Position numbers and translations under genes: made by a program. Of a stretch of 64,000 nt of DNA, positions 50,525 to 62,724 are shown piece by piece. The notes beneath the pieces were generated by a model that saw only the letters and a program-made list of their open reading frames with translations, was not told the origin of the DNA and made no database searches. The stretch is taken from positions 155,030 to 219,029 of the forward strand of contig NMRA01000574.1 in the NCBI GenBank assembly GCA_002633005.1. Direction: 5' to 3'. This DNA is from Phoronis australis (lineage: Eukaryota > Animalia > Phoronida). Every line of letters starts with the position of its first letter. Position 1 is the first letter of the stretch.

Positions 50525-52375
50525 TAATTAGATACAGTTAACAAAGTAGCAATTAAAACAGGTTGATGACGAAACTTTGACCAAGAGAACTGAAATAAAG
50601 AGATGATACTAAATAGTGAGAGCATGTACAATAATGAAAAATGACGTAATTAAGAAAGGTAAAGTGAAAGAATAGGTAAGTAAATTACAGCCACTTTTTA
50701 CTATTAAGTTTGACAGTATTAATTGATTTGGGCCGTTTAATTTCTGGGCTAAGAGAATTCCTTATTACAGCAGCAGCATAAGTAAGAGATCTCTCGCTGG
50801 TCTCGGGTTTTAATTTTTTTAAAAGAAACATTACCAGCAACAGAAGAAGGTGTTAAGTATACAGCTTGACTGCTGCTGAATTTGTGACCGTGATACGTTG
50901 GAGCCAAACAATTGACACACCTGTTACAGGCAACAGGCAGAGAGAAATTTACTTCTTACTATTTCAATACAAAGTGAAACTTCACATTGCATCTACTTAT
51001 ATCAACATCAGAATTACTTAATGATCACTGAAACTAAGTACACTAAGCATTAGCATGGCATGTGCAGAGTGTTCAATAAGTCTAAATATCAATGAAGTAT
51101 GTACACTGCACAATAATATACTTTTAAAAACCCCTTTTAATATTACGCAACACTTGTTTATGTTTAGATCAATTACAAAACAAACAGCAGCAACAAGTCA
51201 TTGGCCTGGTCCACAACATTAGAATGAACATGAGGGTCACACCAAAAAGAAATGTGCAAAGCGCGACATGAAAAATAAGCCTGGCAACTGCTTCACGAAA
51301 CTCAACTATTGATTATGTTTGTAAAAATAAAAGGAGAATTTAAGAGCATGTCAGAATCCCTATTCAAAACGATATCAAATGGCGCTTGGAGATGTCCCAC
51401 CCTACATCTCAGTGCAAAATATGAAAAAATCAGATTCCTTTATGAGATGTCATGCCAACGACATTGTGTGACATGCAGACAGACCTTTGTTTTTACCACA
51501 TCTCCCACATCATACTGTGGGGGACAAAAATTACACCAACGACATTGTGTAACATACAGACTGACTGCCAAAAAGTTGGACTTAAAACTGTAAATTTCAT
51601 AAAAAATGAATGAAAAATTCACATAGCTTTCATTTACAAAACTGAAGCAAAGTTAAAATAACGATGTTCATTTACCACTTCCCTATAGCACAGCTCAAAA
51701 CTAGCACCATGCGAACAGCAAGGCTCTGCCTACAACAGGCCTACATTTTGAGAACCGGTTTTCTCCATTGAACAAACGTTAATCAAACTGGTTCTCAGAA
51801 TTTTGCATGTTATCATAGGACTATTGCAGGGGATGCAGCAGTTAACCCAATGTGACAAGAACTGTGAACTGACGTTTGTACCTTTATGTCCTCCCATTGT
51901 ATCACTCCTAAGTCTACTTTAGCTACTTCTCACATAAAGACATTCACGTATTTTATAATCCTTGTTTGTTCTCCATCTCGTGCTAAGTACTTCACTGGGT
52001 CACCATCAACCAATGTTTTCTGCTGGGAGGACAATCTTGCTTTGGGACCTCTGCGTTGTTTCCCTTTGACAAATCCACCGACTGAAAAAAGGCAAACAAA
52101 GTTAGAATTCATAACACATACCCGACTTGCAGGGTGTAATGCATGTTGAAAACCCCATTCACTTTTCCTCAAAGGCAAGTATGAAACACAAAGTCTACAG
52201 AAGGAAAAATATATTAGTTAAAACAAATAAGACTGTAATTTTATATATTCTAATGTTAATGGTTTCATCACTTTTGAATGCAATTATTGAAGCCTATAAA
52301 AATCTATTCGGTGTAATCACACAAACACTCCACCCTCACAAAATTTCAATTTTTAGCTGGGCAGGGTTCGTCATG

Positions 52376-53045
52376 CAAGCTTGACCTGGATGGCAGTAAC
52401 TGCTACATTTGATGTTATTTTACTTAATCTGTTTCCCAGACATTTTGTCGATGGCTTTAACAAACAGGCAGCTTCCCTGATGGTGCACAGCTAAATCTCC
52501 AGCTCTGTAATTTTCCTTTAGAAGGCCAACTTTGATGCTAAGTTGATAATGCATGTCAACTGTTCCACTGACACTGATGACGCTGGCTACTAATTGCTTC
52601 ATCTCCATTGAAGCTCTGTCAAAATACGGAAGTGTGATATTTACGCAGTCGTTCTCAGCAAAGCGTGGAGAAATGAGCTTGTGTTTCTTGTTATAAGGTG
52701 TTGCCATTCGACTTGGCACTCAGCAGTGTTGACATTCAAGCTCTTTTCTTAACCCCTTTTCCCTATGTGTGAGGTTGAGTTTCTCAAAGGACTATGTCTG
52801 CTCTCCACTGTTTGAGATGTGGCTCCAGGAGGTTGTTGGCGAACTCTCGTCCATTGAATAGAACACGTGTGAGGCACCCATGTTCAACAGAAGTCTTTCC
52901 TGCAGCATGGCTGCTACCTCATCTGCTTTTTTGGACTGCAATGGAAAAAGTATGGAATTTAGAGAAGACATGAGCAACATGTGAGGTGTAATAATGTTCT
53001 TACTATCGGGCGGCTGCTTCATGTCAAACAGGTCGATCTGAATAC
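52376..53045 (-). mobile_element. Ginger/KRBA2-like integrase fragment and C-terminal domain
   Basis: FPLQSKKADEVAAML; DCVNITLPYFDRA...YQL...GLLKENYRAGDL. Confidence 0.75.
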
Positions 53046-55013
53046 TGCTGGGTATATTACGTTGTCAAATAAAGTAGACACTCCACGAACTACGCAGTTA
53101 AACAAACAGAACTGAACTGAACAACATAAAGATTATCGTCAATGCTTCTTTTTCAGTTTGAGGGTATTTCCTTTCTGTTTTACTCAGACTACGTGAAGCA
53201 AATTGAATTGGTCTTTCCTCACCATCTACAATATGTGACAATTGTGCACCTACACCTTCAGGAGATGCATATGTTGCTATGGTTTCTGGTAATTCTGAGT
53301 TAAAATGAACCAGAAATCCAGACTCTTTCAGTGCGTTGTTTAAAGCTTTTTAGCTTTGACTGTCCACTCAAATTTAGTGGATTTCTGCAACATTGCAGTC
53401 AAAAGGCGCAATAACCGTGGACATATCTCTTATGTAGGGTCTGTAGTAATTTAGAAGACCCAAATAGCTTCTTAGACCAGACACATCTTTTGGTAATGGT
53501 ATGGTCATAATCAAATCAACTTTTTTCTGAGATTCATGAACTCCAGTTTTGTCAATAACGTGGCCCAAATGCTCCACTGAATCCTTCATGAATTCATATT
53601 TGGACCTGCCTTGTAAATTATGTTTAGACTGCTTGACAAGTCCAACCACAGATCACATGACTGATCTTCGTACTGGACATTTACAAGAAACTTACCTACA
53701 GGTTTAACAATCTCACCCATGAAACACTCACTTAGATGGTTTCAATTCACTTTGGTTTTCAAACAGATTTACATACAAATCATATGGTATGATGGAGTCA
53801 TGGCTCCCAGTGTCATTTCCATCTCTAGATAATGACCACCAACATTTAGTGTCACATAGATAGCGTCACCTGTTCCCGTGTTATTTACGCTGTATTCTGT
53901 ATCGCTGTCCTCTCTGTCGTTTGTGTTGTCTCCAGCTTAGAGTACATGTCTTGTGCTAGGCTGTCTCCCACATGCAACTTTAATGTGCCCCTTTTTCTTA
54001 CACTTGCGACATGTTGCATTCTTGAACCAGCATTGGTCCGGATGGTGTGAGGGTTTGGCACATCTGTAGCACTCTGTGCTGGTTTTCCTCTTTGGTCCCG
54101 CCTTTGGTTTGCCAACTCTCCGGCTTTTCTGGTATCATTGTTTCTTTTTGGCCTTTACCACCTTCACATCACTGAAAGCTATTTCACTTATCATGGTTTT
54201 GTTTTCCATGAAAGTATTTTCTCTGGCCAAGGTGAATTGATAGTTTCATTAAACGTCAGCTCCTTGTCCTTTGACTTAGCGAGTAACTTTAGCGACATCT
54301 GCTCATTAGCACTTCCACTAATGAGTCTGTCCCTCAATTGCTCGTCCAGTTTATCACCAAACTTGCAGGTAAGATTGAGGTGTTTGAGCACGACTACAAA
54401 GTCCGTAATTGACTCCCCTCTCTTTTGGTGTCGTTTGATAAACTTTCTTCTTTCAGCAATTGTCAGTGGGGGTCCTGCCAAGTGTTTCGTCAGAGTTTCC
54501 TTTAACTCTACGTATGTTTTCTGGCTGGGTTTGGCTGGGCTGACCAGATCCCGTACAATTCCATAATACATCTTGCCAATGGAATGCAAGAACATTGCTG
54601 CCACTTGCTTCTTCGTTAAATCCGTTTCCTCATTCGCTTGTAGAAACAGTTCAAATCTTTCCAAGTAGCATTCCCACTCCTTGATACCATCATATTCGCT
54701 GGAAAACGGGGGCAGGTAACTTTGTGAGCACACAGTCATCTCGTCGCCACTGTTGTGTATCTTACTTTGTCAAATAAAGTAGACGCTCCACGAACTACGC
54801 AGTGAAATGAACAGAAATGAACTGAACATCAAACTGATTTATTCTACATATCATAGCTATATGTATACACAACTACATAACAACATATGATGCATTACCT
54901 ATGACACACTTCCTATACCTGAAATCGCATGACATAATACCAATTAAACTAATGAACTCATAATCAATAATAACCTACAGACATCCTGTTATTGTGTGAC
55001 TAAGTACACAACA
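53046..55013 (-). mobile_element. Internally deleted Gypsy LTR retrotransposon A (5' LTR 54751-55013, PBS, gag, protease/RT remnants, partial 3' LTR 53046-53130)
   Basis: LTR tgttgtgta...tacacaaca; PBS TGGCGACGAG; gag WECYLERFELFL...LRDRLISG; HLGHVID...LRSYLGLLNYY; imperfect 5-bp TSD aatac/actac in the host integrase. Confidence 0.88.
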
Positions 55014-55592
55014 ACTACGGTGATGAAACTCCTCAAAAATTGGCTTTAAGGGTGGGCGTTCTTTCTGTGGTTGACCCTTCTTGCAGGTAGGACAGGTTGC
55101 GCAGAAGGTCTGCAAATATGCCCATTGAATTCTCAGAATTGCCGGCGACAACATCTTTTACCTTTTTGTAACTGGCATGACCCCTGTCTACCTTATGGAT
55201 TTTTCCACAACTTTGTATTCGGCCCTTTCTGGAAGGACCCATCCCCAATAGTTGAAACGCAAACCCAATGGCTCTCATTCACATTAACAATCTGAATGAA
55301 ATCTACTTTCACCACTTGCCGTGTCGGACTGTTGTTAGACTGGGTTGTACAATCCTTCCACACCTTACGTTAAGTGCTTGCTTGATCACCTGTCAAGCAG
55401 CATCCATGTGGATGTCATTTAGCCAGGCATTTGATGAGAGGATGTCATCATACTGGCAGTCATTTCCTTTCATCTTGGCAGGTTGCTTTTGGATCTGAGT
55501 TAACGCTTTTCTTTTAGGTGGCTCTTCTCCAAAAGGTGAGAAATAATAATCTTGTCTCTTGTTGTATTCTGTGTTCTTATGTACTTTACCTG
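55014..55592 (-). mobile_element. Ginger-like unit: Ulp1 N-part joined to integrase H2C2
   Basis: AWLNDIHMDAA, NVNESHWVC, then IHKVDRGHASYKK. Confidence 0.75.
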
Positions 55593-55684
55593 GAACAAAG
55601 CGCACAATGTCCCCCCCCCCTGTGCCTTGGCTTTTCTGTGCAGGTGATGTGTTCTGGAATAGCAGTAACACCACTTAATCTCAC

Positions 55685-56580
55685 AGTCACATACGCTGTA
55701 TATGTAGTATCGGCCGATTTGTACATTTTGCCATTGGGATGGGCATCCAATTGGGCAATAGCCGTAGGTCCCAAAAATGATCGTAGTAGCATATTTTTTG
55801 TTGATGGGTGAGGTGGTTGCCTTCCTTTTGGTTAGCGTCCGTTAATACGAAGTAGTCCTCCAGCATTTCAAGGAACTGTTCGAACTTGAGAGATGGAGTG
55901 TCCAGTCCAGTGGGCCAGTAAGTTGGCGGTACAGGCACGTGAAAATGTTGAGCCTTTATGAAGTTCTGCTTTATCCTCGTCGCCAATTGTTGTGTAGGTG
56001 GTAACACAGTAAATTGGTATAACACGTATATTGCTTGTTGAAAAGATAACTACATATAATACGGAAATACTAGTAAATAGGTCTATACACTACGGAGTCC
56101 TTTGTCACACTGACTGTAGAATCTAAGTGAGTAATCTCTGAGACTCGTGGCTTCATTGTTCGTGGTTGGCACACCTTCTAATGGTGACACACCAACCTCC
56201 CCCCGCTCACAAGCGTTAGTGCGGAAATCGAGTTGGTGGCAGTCCTCTGTTGGAGCGAAACGATCGCCGAGGCACGTCAAAATGGTCATGGTAACATGCG
56301 AAGTTGTAGCAGGTGTCGGGTGCCTCTTCGAAAACCTTTCGCATGCGGCGGGCATTCCAGAGCTGACCGTCTGAAAGGCGATACGTCCAGTTGCCAATGC
56401 AGTCGACAACTTTGAGAGGCGTTGACCATGGTGACGATCCCTTGGGAGTATGCGGTTTCTTCACGCGTACGGAATCGCCAGTTTTGTAGGGTCCTCTGTG
56501 TGTCACTGGAGTAGGTTTTGGGCGAGTGGACTCGCGCTTCTCCTCAGAGAAGACTGGAACGCGCTCGACCCTGCCTTACT
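55685..56580 (-). mobile_element. Gypsy B fragment in permuted order: integrase C-terminus, PPT, single LTR (55988-56194), PBS, gag N-terminus
   Basis: GDSVRVKK...TYRLSDGQLWNA; PPT gcggggggagg; LTR tg...caaca; PBS TGGCGACGAGGA; gag-like FEQFLEMLEDYF. Confidence 0.8.
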
Positions 56581-56699
56581 CTTGCAAAATACTGCTTACA
56601 CCTTTCCTAAAGTGTTCAGAGTCAGTGTGACTGCATATCGTTCTTTACCAAAGCTGGCACTGATGATTCCTTTTCAGCTAAATTCGTCACCCATTTAAA

Positions 56700-57790
56700 T
56701 TATCACATTCTATGCATGGCCACATTTAAATAAGTTGTACCCAGACACTCAGTGCTTTTCATCACCACCAACTCTGAGATGAGCGTGAATCTTTGCCTCG
56801 CTAAAAAGTGGAGGGTAACCAGACAAATACTTTGTGTCTATCAAAAAATCACTTTGTAGTAGACCTTTTAAACATGGTGGAGCATAAAAAAGAAGCCAGG
56901 TTTACAATTCAGTTCCCTTGATTAAGGTATTTGTTTCTTAATCACTTAGTAGTCTTCTGGAAGACAAATATTCTGTAGACGTTGTGAAATTAATGTTAAG
57001 TGCTTCCCAATAAAAAGGGTTTTCCACTATGAGTTTTTGAAAACCAAAAAGACATCAACTGTTTTGTGACACCCATGAGGACACCGTGTATGTAATCTGG
57101 AACAATGCCGCTAACTAAATCGAACCATGGCATAGAAGCAAGGCCAGTCAGTCCAATAATACCTTCGCAGCGCATTCCAGAAATTGCTGCTGTAGGTCTT
57201 TTAACATACTTAATGTTGTCCTTCCAAAGGGATTGTGCCTAGCATGACCCTTGCCTACTGTCATTGCTTCTTCTTCACACGTTGAACACCCAAAAGTACC
57301 ATTGTGCATGGTTTTTTAAGCACATACCCTTTCGCCTGCAAATTAAGTGTGCCGCACAATATCGTAAGCTGTACGGTAAAAGGTTCCTTAAAAGGTGGTG
57401 GAAATATTACCACCCCATGTTTTGTCAACCTGCACATCTGTTCCTCAAATGACCACAGGTAGTTTAAATATGGGGGGTTGCTCTTACCGTGCCAGATGCC
57501 CGCAAGAATAATATTATTTCGGGCAAATGTTGCTTAGACTGGCATCTGATTAGTGGCTTAAGATATGGGTCAAAGTTTGACTTTAGATGAACTGTAAATT
57601 GAAATACCTTGTATGTTAAAAAAATTGCACTGATGGTATTGACAGAAGCCAAAATTTGACCCTACTATAACTCTTCTAGATAAAGTCGGCCATCTATCAT
57701 ATCTCGTGTTACACCCTCTCATTTAAACACATTGCTTTAGATTTAGTTTCCTGAATATTTGTCCAGCAGTCAGGCTTTTCTAAAATTTGT
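56700..57790 (-). pseudogene. CACTA/EnSpm-like transposase remnant
   Basis: Across stops: GISIYSSSKVKL*PI, NIILAGIWHGKSNP, HNGTFGCSTC, DYIHGVLMGVTKQLMSFWF. Confidence 0.75.
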
Positions 57791-57797
57791 GACAACT

Positions 57798-59017
57798 TGT
57801 GTTCAACATCAGACAATAAAAATGAAGCATTGGGTTGCCCGATTGGCTTTACTTGGGCTGTGGGTTTATATTGCACAAAGATAAAACCCGAGGTGGTTCG
57901 TATGATGTATTAAAAGCTTCTGATGTGATAGTATAAAAATCTAACATATAGCATGCAAGTGAACCTATTCGACCAATCAGAATGTGCGCCAAATATAAAA
58001 CTAACCAATGGGGAAGATTGGCTAGGGCTGGGATGATTTGTAAATATATGTCAAGAGGTAGCAAGTAATAAGTTTAAACTGAACATATACAGGAAATACC
58101 TAAGGTAAATATATGTCAAGAGGTAACAATTAATAACTTGAACTGAACATGTACAGGAAGTACCTAAGCTAAATAAACCAAGAAAACCAGTCACAAACAC
58201 ATTCCAATATTCTCCCCGGGCGCGAAAAATGTTGAACATAATAGTAAATGGTCGAAACCAGAAATAAATCAGGCAAACATTAAATATTAAGTCAATACGG
58301 AAATAAAACAGCAAACAAATGTGAAACAAGACAATAAGAATAGTAAACAAGATATATATGTCACAATCGAGTAAGTTATATAGAGTCCGTATCATGCAGT
58401 TTATGCTGACGTTTCCAAAGGGTAAAGTTTCTTAACGGGTCTACTGATTAGTCCGTTTTTCGTTTTGAGAACCACAGAACGCACATGTCCATCGTTACCG
58501 CGATTGATTTTTTCCACTTTGCCCATATTCCACATGACACGTGGGGTATTTTCGTCATGTATAAGAACGATGTCACCACAACTTATGTTCAAGGATTGGC
58601 AACCAGATTTGATAGTGTGATACTCGCGAAGAGATGTAAGATATTCGGATTTCCATCGCCGAGTAAAGGTTGGAACGTCGTACGTATCATTGCTCTACTG
58701 CTGATGCCCCAAAATCTGGGTCGTCGATGTCATCATCATCCACTGAATTGAACGGTAAACAACTGAGGCGGCACCCATGCAATAAGTGAGCCGGAGTAAG
58801 CGAATCGGGGTCCTGTATGTCACTAGACAGAAATGTGATTGGTCTGTCGTTAAGAAGACACTCACATTCAACAAGCAGAGTGCGCATCTTCTCAAAGTGA
58901 AGTTTCGATCGTCCAAGTATTTTCTTAATCGTCGTTTTGGTAATGCCTATCAGTCTTTCCCAGAAACCACCATACCATGGGGCACGCTGAGGGATGAATT
59001 TCCATTGCACGCGATGG
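57798..59017 (-). mobile_element. BEL/Pao element 1, 3' part (integrase end, PPT, 3' LTR ~57798-58209)
   Basis: WKFIPQRAPWYGGFWERLIG, LTPAHLLHG, RPVKKLYPLE; PPT cccggggagaa. Confidence 0.88.
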
Positions 59018-59612
59018 TGTGTGGAAATTCTGGCTATGTAGTATAGGGGGTCGCCGTGTGAGTTGCCTCGCAGTGTCGGTAGATACAAAGTGGTGATAAC
59101 TAGACAGTTCAGCAGTGAACCTGTCTAAATAACAAGTCGTGTCGTTGTGCTGACTAAATGGCAACTGATTTTATTCTACACTCCAAGTCATTTATATACA
59201 CAATCATTGATAAAATAACTATGACACGTGGGCTAATACTAAGGAAATGACTAAACTATAATACAAAACAATTCTTATAAATGATTCGATGTCACAAGGA
59301 AGCTAGACCAAATAAGGCAGATTGTTACGTAACCAATTCCTGAGTTGAAGGAACTCTGTAGTAAACAAACTGTCTGTGAGGTATGGCTGGACATTTGAGC
59401 TGAGACACATCTGGTTCCGGTCAGTATGAATCAGCTGATGGGCGAAGTGTCAAAACAAATCACGGAAATCCGTGACACTCCCCGGGTGGCCGAAAAAATG
59501 GCAAAGTACTAAAGAAAAATACATGTCTAGATACTAAAACAAACAATCAACAGAAAACGGTAACTATAACTAACTGGAATACAAATATGCATGTCTCACT
59601 AAATAGATGTAA

Positions 59613-60604
59613 TTAGTCCTTAAAACAATTTCGTATCTTCTGTATGGCTTGCCTTGCTGCATTCCGTACTGGTCGGGAAGTTGCAGTGGTTTGGGTCTCC
59701 ATCTCCAGGGCGAGTGGTCGGTCTCCATCGTCAGTGGCGTCATTTACCTCCAGTGGATAAAGCTTGGCTAGTGGACGATTCGTAACTCTGTTGCCGGTTC
59801 TCACTGTTGCTGAACGCACAAGGCCATCAGCACCGAAGTGTAACTGTATGACCTTGGCTAAGGGCCACGAAACACGTTTTTCATCATCCATGTGAATGAT
59901 GACAACATCACCGACTTGAATTCTGTTGCATTGCTGGTTGTTCCCTTTCGTCTGTGCGTGTCTTTCTCGAAGTACCGGCAGATACTCATGTTTCCAGCGT
60001 GTCCAGAAATTGCGAAATACGTTGTCTAGGTGTTTGAAGCGTCTGCTAAGTTGATCTGGGGTCACTGTGTAATCAGGGTCGAGGATTTCCTCGTCTGTGA
60101 CATAGTTGTGCGGCAGTGGAGAGATGATTCGTCCATGCAGTAGATGAGATGGGGTTATAGGTTGTAGATCGTCCGCATCATTTGACATGTATGTGAGTGG
60201 CCTGTTGTTGATAATCATCTCTGCTTCTGTTAGGATGGTTGAGAGTTCATCGTAGGATACACATGCGCGGCCAAGTACCTTCTTGATGACTGATTTTGTA
60301 ACACCAATGAGTCTTTCGTAGAACCCTCCAAACCACGGGGCTCGTTTCGGTATAAATGACCACTTTATCTGGTTAGAGGCAAGGTATGTTTGGACTGGAA
60401 CACTGTTGATCAACTTTCCGACGGTGTCAGCGGCGGAGAGAAATGTCGTCGCATTGTCCGAGATGATGTGGCTGGGCATGGAACGTCGGCTTGTAAATCG
60501 GCGAAAGGCTTGTAAGAAGGTGTGTGCAGTCATGTCAGGCACTAACTCCAAGTGAACGGCTCTGGTGACAGCGCAGGTGAATAAACAGACATAACACTTG
60601 TTCT
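59613..60604 (-). CDS. BEL/Pao integrase (open frame running into the gap)
   Basis: CLFTCAVTRAVHLELV, SDNATTF, APWFGGFYERL, RPLAKLYPLE. Confidence 0.88.
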
Positions 60605-60711
60605 NNNNNNNNNNNNNNNNNNNNNNNNNNNNNNNNNNNNNNNNNNNNNNNNNNNNNNNNNNNNNNNNNNNNNNNNNNNNNNNNNNNNNNNNNNNNNNNN
60701 NNNNNNNNNNN

Positions 60712-60984
60712 ATTCTGGAGATCGCTGAACAGGCAGTATGTTTCCATGAGGAAGTCGTCGGTGTCCCCCAGGTAATTGAGTTTTTCGGCGTCGTCTGGCA
60801 TGAGTTCTAAAAGTTCTTTCTGGTAATCTTCATATAGCTTTCGTTGTTGTGCGATGACGCCTAGACGGTTGTCTAGCGTTTTTAGGTCCTTGGCTTGGAG
60901 CGATTGCATCATGTCGGTGACTTCATCAATGTAGCGTTCTATGTGCTTTCTGGCTTGTTGTTGGCGTTTCTGGGCGAGATCCAT
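60712..60984 (-). CDS. BEL/Pao gag N-terminus (partial)
   Basis: ATG shortly downstream of the PBS; helical ORF running into the gap. Confidence 0.65.
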
Positions 60985-61453
60985 GCTTCGTTGTAGTTAA
61001 TGGTCGTCGTGATCGTCTTTGAGACTGTAGTAGTTTGCAGTTGGCGTTGTGTCGTCGCTGGGCTGGCAGCAGGCTGGTTGAGTCAAGCTGGTTGGTTCTC
61101 GGTTCTTCTCCTCTGTTGGCCACGGCACCAGAAAATGTGGGGAAATTCTGGCTATGTAGTATAGGGGTTCGCCGTGTGAGTTGCCTCGCAGTGTCGGTAA
61201 ATACAAAGTGGTGATAACTAGACAGTTCAGCAGTGAACCTGTCTAAATAACAAGCCGTGTCGTTGTGCTGACAAAATGGCAACTGATTTTATTCTGCACT
61301 CCAAGTCATTTATATACACAATCATTGACAAATAACCATGACACATGGGCTAATACTAAGGAAATGACTAACTATAACACAAACAATTCTTATAAATGAT
61401 TCCACTTCACAAGGAAGCTAGACTAAATAAGGCAGATTGTTACGTAACCAATT

Positions 61454-62399
61454 CGTTAAGTGCTTGCTTGATCACCTGTCAAACAGCATCAATGTGGATG
61501 TCATTTAGCCAGGCATTTGATGGGAGGATGTCATCATACTAGCAGTCATTTTCTTTCATCTTGGCAGGTTGCCCTTGGATCTTAGTTTGTGCTTTTCCTT
61601 TAGGTGGCTCTTCTCCAAGAGGTGAGAAATAATAATCTATAATCTTGTTGTATTCTGTGTTCTTAATGTACTTTACCTGTAACAGTGCCACGTGTCGCAG
61701 TTGTTGCACTGTATCTTGAAGCCTTCATTAGGTTTTCTACTAGAACAGAAATTTTTCTTTTCTACTGGCACAAACACTTTCTTGCGTCACCTGCTGTTGT
61801 TCTCTGATAGAAAAGGTGTTACTTTTCCATTCTTTAGGCAATAATCACAAGATGTTGACGCATTCCCTTCAGCTCATAAGTCAGATTATGCTCATACTCT
61901 TCAAATACCAGTGATGTTGCAAAAGCAGTGGCACATACACCACGGCTAGAGCTGTCATTTTGGCGATTCATAGCGACAACATTGAGCGACTTTGTTGTCC
62001 TTGGCATGCAGCAGGTCTGTAACCACCTTCAAGAGGTCTTAACCTAGTTTCAGCATCATGCTGTCATAAACAGATGCTGTAGAGGGCTCATCCCCAACAG
62101 CAGAAATGCATACTCAATGGCTATCATTCACATTAAGAATCTGAATGAAGTCTTCTTTCGCCACTGTCCACGTCAGACTCTTTTGGTAGACAGGGTTGTA
62201 CAATCTTTCCACACTCTGATGTGCTTGCCATTTCAGTCGACAAGCGGCATCAATGTGGATGTCATTTAGCCAGGCATTGGATGGGACGATGGCATCATAC
62301 TGGCAGTCATTTCCTTTCATCTTAGCAGGTGCTTTTGGTTTGTGGTTTTCTTTTAGGTGGCTCTTATAGGTTGTTCTCTGTTGTTGTTGGCAAGACTGA
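61454..62399 (-). mobile_element. Ginger-like unit: degenerate Ulp1/C48-type protease domain plus duplicated linker
   Basis: WLNDIHIDAA, FIQILNVNDSH*VC, YDS, QNDSSSRGVCATAFATSL, MRQHL...CLKNGKVTPF. Confidence 0.75.
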
Positions 62400-62724
62400 T
62401 GTTGAAATTTGTGAGCGAGAAAACCACTTTCTTTGACGAAAGTTTATTGAGCAAAATAAAAACAAAACATTACAAAGATGGCTGGCGGACGCTGAACGCT
62501 TTCCTGCTTCTTGTTGTGAAGTCCTTCTTTTCTTTCTCCGAAGCACTGTCCGCTTGTGGATTTTCTGTGCCATCAATGAATCCAAACAAATTTTGTTGAG
62601 GTGAATACCTAACTGTTGGTTGGTGAGATATACCACAAGATTTCAAGAAATCAATGAATTAATTTGATACATATTCTCCTCCCCCATCACTGCGTAACGT
62701 GCCTATCTTACACCAACAGCAACA
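62400..62724 (-). mobile_element. 325-bp scrambled Ty1/Copia remnant (integrase piece, gag piece, LTR end)
   Basis: KIGTLRSDGGGEYVSN*FIDFLKSCGISHQPTVRYSPQQN, then LFGFIDGTENP...RSRKAF, then AATAAA...tcaaca. Confidence 0.75.

Larger units (their letters stand above)
47628..52375 (-). mobile_element. ISL2EU/Harbinger-type DNA transposon inserted in the Ginger-like unit
   Basis: Host sequence gtttttaca|agcttgacctggatggcag is contiguous near 63000 but split here; short inverted ends catga...ccctg / caggg...tcatg. Confidence 0.65.
59018..61453 (-). mobile_element. BEL/Pao element 2 nested in element 1 (truncated 5' LTR 61136-61453, PBS, gag start, gap, integrase, 3' LTR 59018-59477)
   Basis: Two highly similar LTRs; PBS TGGTGCCGTG; PPT cccggggag followed by TGTCAC. 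Confidence 0.92.
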
